The notes under the pieces: model-generated
What the model saw: the letters and a program-made list of their open reading frames with translations, nothing else
What the model was told of the DNA's origin: nothing
Database searches by the model: none
Shown: piece by piece, positions 54,069 through 62,514 of the stretch
Numbering within the stretch: the stretch's first letter is position 1
Layout of the letters: the number at the start of each line of letters is the position of its first letter
Made by a program: the position numbers and the translations under genes
Origin: an uncultured Candidatus Peribacteria bacterium
GTDB taxonomy: Bacteria > Patescibacteriota > Gracilibacteria > Peribacterales > Peribacteraceae
NCBI GenBank assembly: GCA_964488165.1
Contig: CAZATU010000002.1
Location: 137,334-201,333 of the forward strand
Direction: 5' to 3'
Length of the DNA stretch: 64,000 bases

Positions 54069-54611
54069 TCAGTACCAGACCTTCTTCCAGCCGATCATAT
54101 ACGAAAGCCCGTTGGCGATACGGCTGAGAACGGGCCCCAGGATCAACAGGAAGACCGCGCCCAGCGGATGGGGGAAATACAGCGGCCAGAGGCAAAGCAG
54201 CGCGCCGATCATGTAATCGACGGCGTCCCAGGGTATCCATGGCGTCCCCGGGGGTCTGCCCAACGCGCGTTTCACGAAGCTCTTGGCAAGATCGCCGAGC
54301 AGGGCCCCCGTGCCGAGCAGGAAGCCAATCAAGACGCTCTGCGTGAACGTATCGTGCAGGAGGGTCACGGTGGAAAACGGCTCCGTCGCACGCAGCGCAT
54401 GCTGCGCCATCGACACGACCACGGCGGCAACGATACCCGTCACGAGCCCTCTCCATGTTTTGTGCGTACCGAAATGCCGTTCATCGATCGGCGCGCTCCA
54501 GCGCCGGAGGCCCGGGAGCTTGGCGGCGATGATCGGCATCGCGTTCGCGACGAACGCCGGTGTGAAGAGATACGCCAACCGCAATCCGAACAGCATCATC
54601 AGTAAAAGCAT
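54069..54611 (-). CDS. CDP-archaeol synthase-like protein (CarS/DUF46 family CTP-transferase)
   Basis: PIDERHFGTHKTWRGLVTGI, GALLGDLAKSFVKRALGRPPG...PWDAVDYMIG, and C-terminal ...YMIGWKKVWY parallel the A. fulgidus CarS layout recalled from memory. Confidence 0.7.
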   Translation of the reverse strand: MLLLMMLFGLRLAYLFTPAFVANAMPIIAAKLPGLRRWSAPIDERHFGTHKTWRGLVTGIVAAVVVSMAQHALRATEPFSTVTLLHDTFTQSVLIGFLLGTGALLGDLAKSFVKRALGRPPGTPWIPWDAVDYMIGALLCLWPLYFPHPLGAVFLLILGPVLSRIANGLSYMIGWKKVWY

Positions 54612-54657
54612 ACGACACTCGCTCGTCGGGTCCAGTGAGAAGCGGTACTATCTACGC

Positions 54658-55338
54658 ATGCGCATCGACGGAGCCGTATGTGTCATCACCGGCGCAAGCC
54701 GTGGCATCGGCCTGGCGCTTGCAACATCGCTCTTGGAGCAAGGCGCGGTTGTGCACGGATTCAACAGGGAAACCGGCCCCCTTTCGCACCCGCGGTACAC
54801 CCACCACAGCGTCGACGTGACCCGTTCTAAGGACATTCGCGAAGCACTCGCAGACTTCGACGAGCCGATTGACGTGCTGATCAACAATGCGGGTGTGATG
54901 CACCGCGGCAACATCCTCGCGCTTGACGAGGATGCGTTCGACGACCTCTTCAACGTCAACGTGAAAGGCTCCTGGCTCATGCTCAAGTATGGCCTCCCAC
55001 GCATGCAACGCGGCGGCATCGTCGTGCAAGTCAGCTCGCGCCACGCCGTGCGCCTGCCCGAGAACCCCGCCGCGTACGGGCTCACGAAGCTTTGGGTACT
55101 GCATATGGCCGATCTCGTCGCTCGCCTGGCACCGCACATCACGGTCAAAACGCTGTGCCTCGGCCCGGTCGATACCGAGCTGTCGCGCAAGGACGTCTCG
55201 CCCGAAGCCCTCGCGGAAAAGCGTAAAATTATGTGTGCGCCGGAGCAGATCGCCACGGAAATCACCGCGATGCTGCAGAACGAACGCGGCTCAATGCTCG
55301 TCTTCAATCCCCGCACGCATCGCCACGACATTCGCTGA
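54658..55338 (+). CDS. short-chain dehydrogenase/reductase
   Basis: VITGASRGIG, NNAGV, S...YGLTK catalytic triad context. Confidence 0.9.
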   Translation: MRIDGAVCVITGASRGIGLALATSLLEQGAVVHGFNRETGPLSHPRYTHHSVDVTRSKDIREALADFDEPIDVLINNAGVMHRGNILALDEDAFDDLFNVNVKGSWLMLKYGLPRMQRGGIVVQVSSRHAVRLPENPAAYGLTKLWVLHMADLVARLAPHITVKTLCLGPVDTELSRKDVSPEALAEKRKIMCAPEQIATEITAMLQNERGSMLVFNPRTHRHDIR

Positions 55339-55912
55339 TGCGACTATCGACGAGCAGGCTCGAGGGACGCGCGCGCCGCAAATCATCGAACACCGACAAC
55401 CCCACGCAGAATGCCATGAGGAACAGTGCTGCCGACGAGGAGATGCACCAGCCGATCGTTTGGATCGAGATCGCGAACTCTCCGATCATGCCGCCCGCGC
55501 CGATCACCCCGAGCGGAATGGCAACGGATTGCATGACGGTTTTGAGCTTGCCTGGCCAGCGGGCGGGGATCACGACGCCGCGCGCATAGGCGTAGCTGCG
55601 ATACCCGTCCACAAGCAGTTCGCGCCCCACGGTGAGCGCCACGATCCACGCGGGAATCACCTCCTGATACTGCAAGCCGATGGCATAGCCGAGCACGAGC
55701 AGTTTGTCCGCTAGCGGATCGAGGAACGCGCCCCAGTCGCTCTGGAGGCGATGCTTGCGAGCGATGTAGCCGTCGAGCGCATCCGTGATCGCCGCCACGA
55801 TGAAGACGCCAAGCGCAATCGCCATCGCATGCGGCACAGGGAAGAGCAGCGCCGCCACACCCACCGGGGTGAGCAGCATACGCAATGCCGTGAGGTGGTT
55901 GGGTGCTACCAT
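55304..55912 (-). CDS. pgsA: CDP-alcohol phosphatidyltransferase (PgsA-like)
   Basis: DALDGYIARKHRLQSDWGAFLDPLADK = D-G-x2-A-R-x8-G-x3-D-x3-D motif. Start set at the internal ATG 55912. Confidence 0.88.
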   Translation of the reverse strand: MVAPNHLTALRMLLTPVGVAALLFPVPHAMAIALGVFIVAAITDALDGYIARKHRLQSDWGAFLDPLADKLLVLGYAIGLQYQEVIPAWIVALTVGRELLVDGYRSYAYARGVVIPARWPGKLKTVMQSVAIPLGVIGAGGMIGEFAISIQTIGWCISSSAALFLMAFCVGLSVFDDLRRARPSSLLVDSRISECRGDACGD

Positions 55913-55999
55913 ACGCCGGCCATGGTACCGCCCCAGCGCCCGCACCGCACGGAAAACCGAGTTGGCCTCTACGCCTGGGCGGGGCCGGACACCATCCGC

Positions 56000-57259
56000 A
56001 TGACGCGCCTGAAGTACGGCGACGGCAGCCGCATCGACGAGCGCAGCTTCCTGGAGCTCTACGATGCGCCCGCGCTCCACCACCTGCGGGCAACGCTTGG
56101 CGTCACGGATATGTGGGTCACCTTCTCCTGGGGTTTCGGCGACGCCGTCGAACGGGAGCAGCGCACGTTCCTGCGGGATGCCCTGCCGCGCTTCCGGGAT
56201 GCCGGCATCGCGACGCACGCCTACGTGCAAGGATTCAACGTGGTCACAAACGACTTTGCCGAGTGTGATTTCTTCTGCAAAGACGCGTTGGGCCGGATGC
56301 AACCCTACGCGCGCGGGCGCAGCTTGATCTGCCCCAATGCGCCGGCCACGCAAACGCTACTCAAAGAGCGGGTCGCCGCGGCGTGCGCCGAAGACGTCGA
56401 CGGCATCTTCATCGACAACATGCTTTTCGGCATGCCTCCCGTGGCGGCCTACAGCGATTTTCTTCCCCCGTTCGGCTGCGCGTGCGCATGGTGTGACGCG
56501 GCGTTTATGCGGCGTCACGGCGCACCTCTGGCCCGAAACGGCTTCCGGGGCGAGCGCGCCGTTGCCGATATCCTGCGCTTCCGGACGGACTCCATCGCAT
56601 CGGTCATCGCAGAGTGCTCGCACATCGCCAGAAACGGCGGCAAGCAATTCGGCGTGAATCTCTACGACCCACTGCATCACACGCCCGAGCTCTACTTTGG
56701 CTACGGCCTCGCGGCCATGGAACCGCATCTCGATTATCGGCTGATCGAAAATCATGCGCTGCGCCCCGACGGCACGATGGAAAACGCGCACCTCGCCCCC
56801 CTCATCGACGGAAAAAAACCGACGTTCGTGGTGTCGTACCGCAATGGCATCGGCCGAGACGGAGCCTATGGGCAAAGCGATATCGACGCGATCTTCGCGG
56901 ATGCGAAACGCCACGGATATGCGCCATGCCTCAAAGCGAGCGAATATGTGACTCGCGGAGTGTGGCACGCGCTGCGCTGGAAGCAGATCGACACGCCGAA
57001 ACCCCTGCAAGACGGGCTGCACCCCTGCGCTGCGCCGCCGCCGTTGCATGCAAAGCCCAGCACCGCCTTCGGCCGCGCCCTCACGACGTGGCTCGGCCTG
57101 CGCATGGCGCGCCTGAGCGCATGGTCGTTCGCCTGCGGCCCCATGCGCACGATCGTCGCGCGCAGCCCTCTGTATACGGCGCTCGTGCGCAAATTCCGCC
57201 TCATTGATCCAGGCGTCTGGGGCCTTGGGGAAGACGCAGACACGACACGCGAAGGATGA
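56000..57259 (+). CDS. hypothetical protein (possible TIM-barrel glycosidase-like)
   Basis: Start chosen at the ATG at 56000, downstream of pgsA. The fold guess rests only on alternating beta/alpha composition. Confidence 0.55.
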   Translation: MTRLKYGDGSRIDERSFLELYDAPALHHLRATLGVTDMWVTFSWGFGDAVEREQRTFLRDALPRFRDAGIATHAYVQGFNVVTNDFAECDFFCKDALGRMQPYARGRSLICPNAPATQTLLKERVAAACAEDVDGIFIDNMLFGMPPVAAYSDFLPPFGCACAWCDAAFMRRHGAPLARNGFRGERAVADILRFRTDSIASVIAECSHIARNGGKQFGVNLYDPLHHTPELYFGYGLAAMEPHLDYRLIENHALRPDGTMENAHLAPLIDGKKPTFVVSYRNGIGRDGAYGQSDIDAIFADAKRHGYAPCLKASEYVTRGVWHALRWKQIDTPKPLQDGLHPCAAPPPLHAKPSTAFGRALTTWLGLRMARLSAWSFACGPMRTIVARSPLYTALVRKFRLIDPGVWGLGEDADTTREG

Positions 57260-57277
57260 TCTGCTAGGCTGTCTGGC

Positions 57278-57889
57278 ATGCGCCGAAACGTTCTGATCGG
57301 CATTGCCGCCGTCATTGTTCTTTGCGGAAGCTGGTGGCTGCTGAGCCCCCTCTTCTTCGACAAGACGATCAATGAGGCGTCGCCGGGGCAGGAACTCACG
57401 GACGCCGAACGCGATCTCCTCCAGCGCATCGAACAGCTCACGCCGCAGCAGATGGAACGCATGCCAGCAAAGCAGCGCGAGGAGACCGTGCGTACCTTCG
57501 CCACATTGCAGGAAAAAATGCCTGCCGTGCGCACGAATGACCCGGCGCCGAAGCAGGAGACAGCTATCCTTGCGCACGGCGCCCTGCGCGACGGCGACGC
57601 CCTGCACAAAGGCGCGGGAGAAGCTGCGATCCTGCGCTTGCGCGACGGCGCGCTCGTGCTGCGGCTCAGCGACCTTCTGCTCACCAACGGACCGGCGCTG
57701 CACGTCTACCTCACCGTGGATGAAAATGGCGGCACCGACAGGGGCTTCGTCGACCTCGGCCCCCTCAAAGGCAACCGCGGCAACCAGAACTACGACATCC
57801 CGGAAGAGGTCGAAATCTCCCAATACAAAGGGTTGGCAATTTGGTGCGTGCCGTTCGGCGTGCTCTTCGCCTCGGCGCGATTGTTGTAA
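57278..57889 (+). CDS. DM13 domain protein with N-terminal TM anchor
   Basis: HKGAGEAAILRLRDGALVLRLSDLLLTNGPALHVYL...LKGNRGNQNY...AIWCVPFGVLF matches the DM13 pattern. Confidence 0.7.
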   Translation: MRRNVLIGIAAVIVLCGSWWLLSPLFFDKTINEASPGQELTDAERDLLQRIEQLTPQQMERMPAKQREETVRTFATLQEKMPAVRTNDPAPKQETAILAHGALRDGDALHKGAGEAAILRLRDGALVLRLSDLLLTNGPALHVYLTVDENGGTDRGFVDLGPLKGNRGNQNYDIPEEVEISQYKGLAIWCVPFGVLFASARLL

Positions 57890-57989
57890 AGCCCGAGAAA
57901 TTGTGTTTCTAAGACAATAAACAATCCGATGTTAAATCCTCTTGCGCCTACGAGGCAGCAGGAATAGAACGGTCCGGCCTCTCACGGCT

Positions 57990-59312
57990 ATGGATACTGG
58001 GAACCTCATCCAGTATTGGCTGCCGATCGTGGTCTTCGGCTTCGTCTTCGCCGGAGTCCTGCTCGAACTCACGGAAAAATCGCTCATCACGGCGATCGGC
58101 GCGTTCGTGCTGATTCTCCTGCACAGTATCGATCAACATGACGCGTTGGCTATGATCGATTTTGATACGCTGACGCTCCTCTTCGGCATGATGATCGTGG
58201 TCGAAGTAGCTGCCAAAGCTCGTCTTTTCGAATGGCTGAGCATTGTCATCCTCCAGCTGACAAAAGGCAGGCCGCTACTCATCTTTGTGCTCTTCATGGC
58301 CAATACGCTGGTGCTGTCGTCGTTCCTCAATAACGTCACGACGATTCTCATCATGCTGCCACTGACGATCGAAATCGCGAAGGGCATCGGCCTCAACATG
58401 CGCCCGTTCGTCATCGGTGAAATCATTGCAGCGAATATCGGTGGCCTGCTCACGCTCATCGGCGACCCCGTCAATACCATTGTGGGCTCCGCGGCGGATC
58501 TTGGCATGACATCTTTTACGATCAATCTGGGCATCCCCGTCGTCATCATCGCCTGTGCTACCACGTTCTTCCTCTGGGCGACGGACAAAACATCGTTCGC
58601 GGATATTCGAACCGATTTCGTCAAAGTGCTCCATAACCTGCTTGTCCTGAAAAACGTGGAAAACCGCTTCAAGAGCCTGCCATTCGACGTCACGTTGCTG
58701 CGCATCGCCATCGCCTGCCTCGCGCTCACCATCGGCGCATTTATCGCCGCGGAGCCTCTCGGCCTTTCCCCCGGGCTCATTGCGATGATCGGTGCGACGG
58801 GCGCGATGATCGCCACACATCACCGCGTGCCCTTCAGCACGATCATTGGCGGCATCGAATGGCAAACGCTGCTCTTTTTCGGCGGGCTGTTTGTCGTTGT
58901 GGGGGCAGTGGAACAAACCGGCGTACTGGAGCAAATGGCCAACGGCATCGTCGCAATAACCGCGCATCCGGCTTCGTTGCTGGCGATTATTTTGGTCAGC
59001 ACCGCCGTGATTTCGGCAATCGTCGACAACGTGCCGTTTGTCACGCTGATGATCCCCATCATCCGCTCGATCCAAGAGCAAAGCATCTTCCCCGACGGAT
59101 CAGTGCTGTGGTGGGCGCTGTGCCTCGGCGCTGTCATCGGCGGCCTGGCATCGCCGTACGGCTCTTCGGCGAATATCGTTGCGGTCGGCACGGCGCGCAA
59201 AGCGGGATACAAGCTCAGTAATGGAACCTACATGCTCTACAGCGTGCCGATTTCCATCGGCGGCATCCTCGTAAGTTACGCCTACCTTGCCATCGCCTAC
59301 CTCCGCCCATGA
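57990..59312 (+). CDS. ArsB/NhaD-superfamily anion permease
   Basis: 10 or more TM helices; LSSFLNNVTTILIMLP and GGLLTLIGDPVN repeats typical of the CitMHS/ArsB fold. Visibly lower GC than the surroundings. Confidence 0.75.
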   Translation: MDTGNLIQYWLPIVVFGFVFAGVLLELTEKSLITAIGAFVLILLHSIDQHDALAMIDFDTLTLLFGMMIVVEVAAKARLFEWLSIVILQLTKGRPLLIFVLFMANTLVLSSFLNNVTTILIMLPLTIEIAKGIGLNMRPFVIGEIIAANIGGLLTLIGDPVNTIVGSAADLGMTSFTINLGIPVVIIACATTFFLWATDKTSFADIRTDFVKVLHNLLVLKNVENRFKSLPFDVTLLRIAIACLALTIGAFIAAEPLGLSPGLIAMIGATGAMIATHHRVPFSTIIGGIEWQTLLFFGGLFVVVGAVEQTGVLEQMANGIVAITAHPASLLAIILVSTAVISAIVDNVPFVTLMIPIIRSIQEQSIFPDGSVLWWALCLGAVIGGLASPYGSSANIVAVGTARKAGYKLSNGTYMLYSVPISIGGILVSYAYLAIAYLRP

Positions 59313-60280
59313 ACGCGCAGCTCGCCAATGCACGGACACACTTCAATGCCCTGCTTATCCGGCTGGAGCAGGAACGCGGCACGCGCGAAACATGCTCTCA
59401 AATGCTGTCCTGCCTTCGCGAGGCGCTCGCATTCACCAAATTTCGCTCCGCGGAGGACATGTGCCGGCAATTCGACGCATTTTACGACATGTTCATGCAT
59501 ATGAAGCCGCGCATGGCCATCATTCAAAATTACCTCGACCAACTTGTCGAATCGCACCTGTGCCACTCAAAGGGAACGCTCGAAAGCCTGCAAAGCATAC
59601 TTCTGAAAGATATTGATGCGGCCGAGCGCGACATTGCCGAGCGAGGCAAGGCACTCGCCAAGAATATGGCGGCGGCACTCCCAAACCACTCGCATATTCT
59701 CATCCACAGCAACAGTCGCAGCGTGCGAGACGCGCTGGAGGCCGCTTCGCATACGCACAAGAAATTCGACGTCATCATCGCTGAGCAGGAAGCCAGCCGC
59801 ACGCTGGAAATCGCCAAGGATCTTACCCGCCGCAAAATTCCCTTTGTCGTAGTGCCCGAATACATGCTCGGCTGCATCGAAATGGATATCACCTGCATGT
59901 TCATCGGTGGCGTCACGCTCAAGAAAGACATGCACGTCATTGTCGACCCGGGTACCAAAGCTGTCGTCTCGGAAATGAACGTCGCTAATATTCCCGTCTA
60001 TCTCCTGATCACGACGAACAAATTCAGCTATTGGGACACGCGCATCGCTCACCAGACCCTCAAGAGCGTACGGACGGTGGCGGACCCCGAAAAAACAATC
60101 TCCTTTGAGCGCATCAAATTTTCGCATGACCGCCTTCCCCTCCAGCAGGTGACGCACGTTGTCACCGAGGAAGGGATCTTCTCGCCGGCGTCGCTCGAAC
60201 AATGCTACAAACAGAAGCTCGAAGAATACCGTCGCTTGCATCAAGCGATCACCAAGCGCCTCGACCATCGCAAGCTCTGA
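59309..60280 (+). CDS. eIF-2B alpha/beta/delta-family protein (sugar-phosphate isomerase-like), divergent
   Basis: ILIHSNSRSVRDALEAA...FDVIIAEQEASRT...IPFVVVPEYMLG...MFIGGVTL...VANIPVYLLITTNKF follows the family layout with substitutions at usually conserved positions. Confidence 0.6.
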   Translation: MNAQLANARTHFNALLIRLEQERGTRETCSQMLSCLREALAFTKFRSAEDMCRQFDAFYDMFMHMKPRMAIIQNYLDQLVESHLCHSKGTLESLQSILLKDIDAAERDIAERGKALAKNMAAALPNHSHILIHSNSRSVRDALEAASHTHKKFDVIIAEQEASRTLEIAKDLTRRKIPFVVVPEYMLGCIEMDITCMFIGGVTLKKDMHVIVDPGTKAVVSEMNVANIPVYLLITTNKFSYWDTRIAHQTLKSVRTVADPEKTISFERIKFSHDRLPLQQVTHVVTEEGIFSPASLEQCYKQKLEEYRRLHQAITKRLDHRKL

Positions 60281-61483
60281 TCAGAGCACCATGAGCGCCG
60301 CCGGGCGCAGGAGCAGCAAAAGCCCCAGGCCAATCATCAGGATGCCTCCGAGCACGTTGGAAGCGCGGGCGTATTTGTGGGTGGCGTGGATCTTCTCGGC
60401 GCTCCAAATGGCGAGTCCGAACACGATGAAATCGTCGAGCATGTACCCGGCGATGTAAATCGCCATCAGCGCTTGGCGCAGCAGGAACGACGGTCCGTTG
60501 ATGTCGAGGATTTTGGTGAATGCCTGGGGAATGCCAATGGAGCAGGCGAACTCAATGATGTTCACGGAAAGCGCCAGGCCGATAACGCCCATCGCCGTCA
60601 GGAGGGTGAACGGCCGAGCCGCGATATCGCGGATCTTCTGATGCGTTTTGCGGCGCTGTTCCAGGTTGGTGACTTTGCAGGTACCGTCAGAATAGATCCC
60701 TTCCCAGAGGAAAAAGCCGCCGCCGCCGATGGCGAGGAGCCCCACAAGCGGCGTCACGATGCCGTCGAGGCCGATGAAATCCCATGTCGTAAACCACACG
60801 TTCAAGATCAGGTAGTACATCACCGCTTCGGCGATGACGAACAGGCCTGCGATCTGCCATACGCGTCGGCGGTTCGGCAGCTGCAGCAGCACGATGAGGA
60901 AGGTGACGAGCACCCACATGGCGCAGGGGTTGAAGCCGTCGATGGTACCGAGAATGGCCGCAAGAATGGGCAGGGAATAGCGGCGCGCGTCGATGGTGCC
61001 GACGAACGGCACGGGGATCAGAAACGACGACGCGTCGACCGTGCACGGGCTTTCTCCGCTTTCATCGCAGGCGCTCGCGGTACCGAAGAGCGATGCCGGG
61101 GCTTTGCCGGACAGCACGTCGTCCAACGTCGGGGCGTCGTCCGCTGCCGAAGCAAGCATCGATTCAATCTGCACGCCCGTGGATTCCGGCGTGGCAAAAC
61201 CCTGCAGCACGCGTCCGCCAACGACGGTGAGCGGCGTGGATTTCGAAAGCTGCAAAAGCTCCACGACGCGGTCGAACTTGGCACGTTCGGCAGCGTCGGC
61301 GATATCGTGCAATGCCACGACCGTATCGGGCTTGCGGGCTTGGAGATCGGTCAGGAACGCTTTTTCATCACGACAATGGCCGCAGCCCTCGCGGACAAAC
61401 ACGTGCACCGGCACCGCGGCGGCGGCGAAGGACGGAGCGGCAAAACCCGCAAAGAAAAGAAGGGTGAGGAAGGCGCGTCGCAT
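60281..61483 (-). CDS. thioredoxin/glutaredoxin-fold domain fused to a DsbD/CcdA-like membrane domain
   Basis: Signal peptide, VFVREGCGHC (CxxC), then membrane domain with GFNPCAMWVL and EFACSIG. Start set at the internal ATG 61483. Confidence 0.7.
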   Translation of the reverse strand: MRRAFLTLLFFAGFAAPSFAAAAVPVHVFVREGCGHCRDEKAFLTDLQARKPDTVVALHDIADAAERAKFDRVVELLQLSKSTPLTVVGGRVLQGFATPESTGVQIESMLASAADDAPTLDDVLSGKAPASLFGTASACDESGESPCTVDASSFLIPVPFVGTIDARRYSLPILAAILGTIDGFNPCAMWVLVTFLIVLLQLPNRRRVWQIAGLFVIAEAVMYYLILNVWFTTWDFIGLDGIVTPLVGLLAIGGGGFFLWEGIYSDGTCKVTNLEQRRKTHQKIRDIAARPFTLLTAMGVIGLALSVNIIEFACSIGIPQAFTKILDINGPSFLLRQALMAIYIAGYMLDDFIVFGLAIWSAEKIHATHKYARASNVLGGILMIGLGLLLLLRPAALMVL

Positions 61484-61522
61484 GCGCCGACAGGCTATCC
61501 CTACCGTCGCCAAACACAAGCG

Positions 61523-62398
61523 TTACGGGCGCTTCGCCTGCCGCAGCGCGACGCCTGGCATGAGACGCGCGATTTTGGCGCGCAATTGGTCGGCCTTGGC
61601 TTGCGACAATGTCACGGAAACAGTAAACGGCGCGGGGATATCAAGGATGTTCTCAAACACCGCAGCGTCCCAATCGCGCGCCGTGCGCACGCTGCGAAAC
61701 AGCAGCACGAGGTGATCGGCGATGGCCTTCGGGAAGACGCATTCCACGACGTACGCGCCGAAGACGTTGAGGTTGTAGCCCTCTTTGGGGAACGGCGAAT
61801 GATCGGTGAGCGCGATGGCGAAGATTTTTTTGAAACGCTCCATGGCTCGGCGGTCGAGAAACGTGTCGTTGCCGATGAGCCAGGAACAGGCAACCCCGCG
61901 CGCCGCGATGCGCTCGTAAAAGGAAGCGTCCCCGCCCTTGTCCTGCAACAGCCACCACGCGTGGGCGTAGTACTTGTGCAGTTCCCGACGCTCGGCGGCC
62001 GGAACGATGCGGTTGAGCTGAATGAGTAAGTTGTGCCACACGGCCTGCATCTCGCGCATCGACCGGGCGGAAAACGTGACACGCTTGCCCTCTTCGAGCG
62101 AAGACAGCGCATGCACGTCAGCGCCTTCGAGCAATTGTTGTTTGGCGCTCTGGGCGAAAAGTTCGATGTGAGAAAGCCAGAGTAGGTTGAGCGACAACTG
62201 GCGTTTGCGCTTGATCAGAATCTGCGCCTCAACGAGGCGCGTCACCGTGCGGTACACATGCTGCAGCGACACATCGATGCCCGCGTGCTGCTTGAGTCGC
62301 TTGCGGACGTCCGCGATGGAAATGCCGGGATGCTCGGCAACGATTTCGACCGTGGCGTTGAAAAGCGGCGTCAGTGGATCTAAGCAGAACATATTCAC
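61523..62398 (-). CDS. hypothetical protein with N-terminal winged-helix-like segment
   Basis: ISIADVRKRLKQHAGIDVSLQHVYRTVTRLVEAQILIK resembles a wHTH; the rest is unknown. Confidence 0.55.
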   Translation of the reverse strand: MNMFCLDPLTPLFNATVEIVAEHPGISIADVRKRLKQHAGIDVSLQHVYRTVTRLVEAQILIKRKRQLSLNLLWLSHIELFAQSAKQQLLEGADVHALSSLEEGKRVTFSARSMREMQAVWHNLLIQLNRIVPAAERRELHKYYAHAWWLLQDKGGDASFYERIAARGVACSWLIGNDTFLDRRAMERFKKIFAIALTDHSPFPKEGYNLNVFGAYVVECVFPKAIADHLVLLFRSVRTARDWDAAVFENILDIPAPFTVSVTLSQAKADQLRAKIARLMPGVALRQAKRP

Positions 62399-62416
62399 AT
62401 TATAGGTGAATTCCTA

Positions 62417-62433
62417 TTCCACTGGAAGTGGAA
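62417..62433. promoter_or_regulatory. palindrome in the divergent intergenic region (possible operator)
   Basis: TTCCAC-TGGAA-GTGGAA lies between the divergently transcribed 61523..62398 (-) and 62515.. (+). Confidence 0.35.
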
Positions 62434-62514
62434 ATATTTTGCTGCAAAGAGCCACCTTTTCGACATCAACAGAACATAGCATGAAATCGGTTTCTATTTC
62501 TTAACAACATTTGT

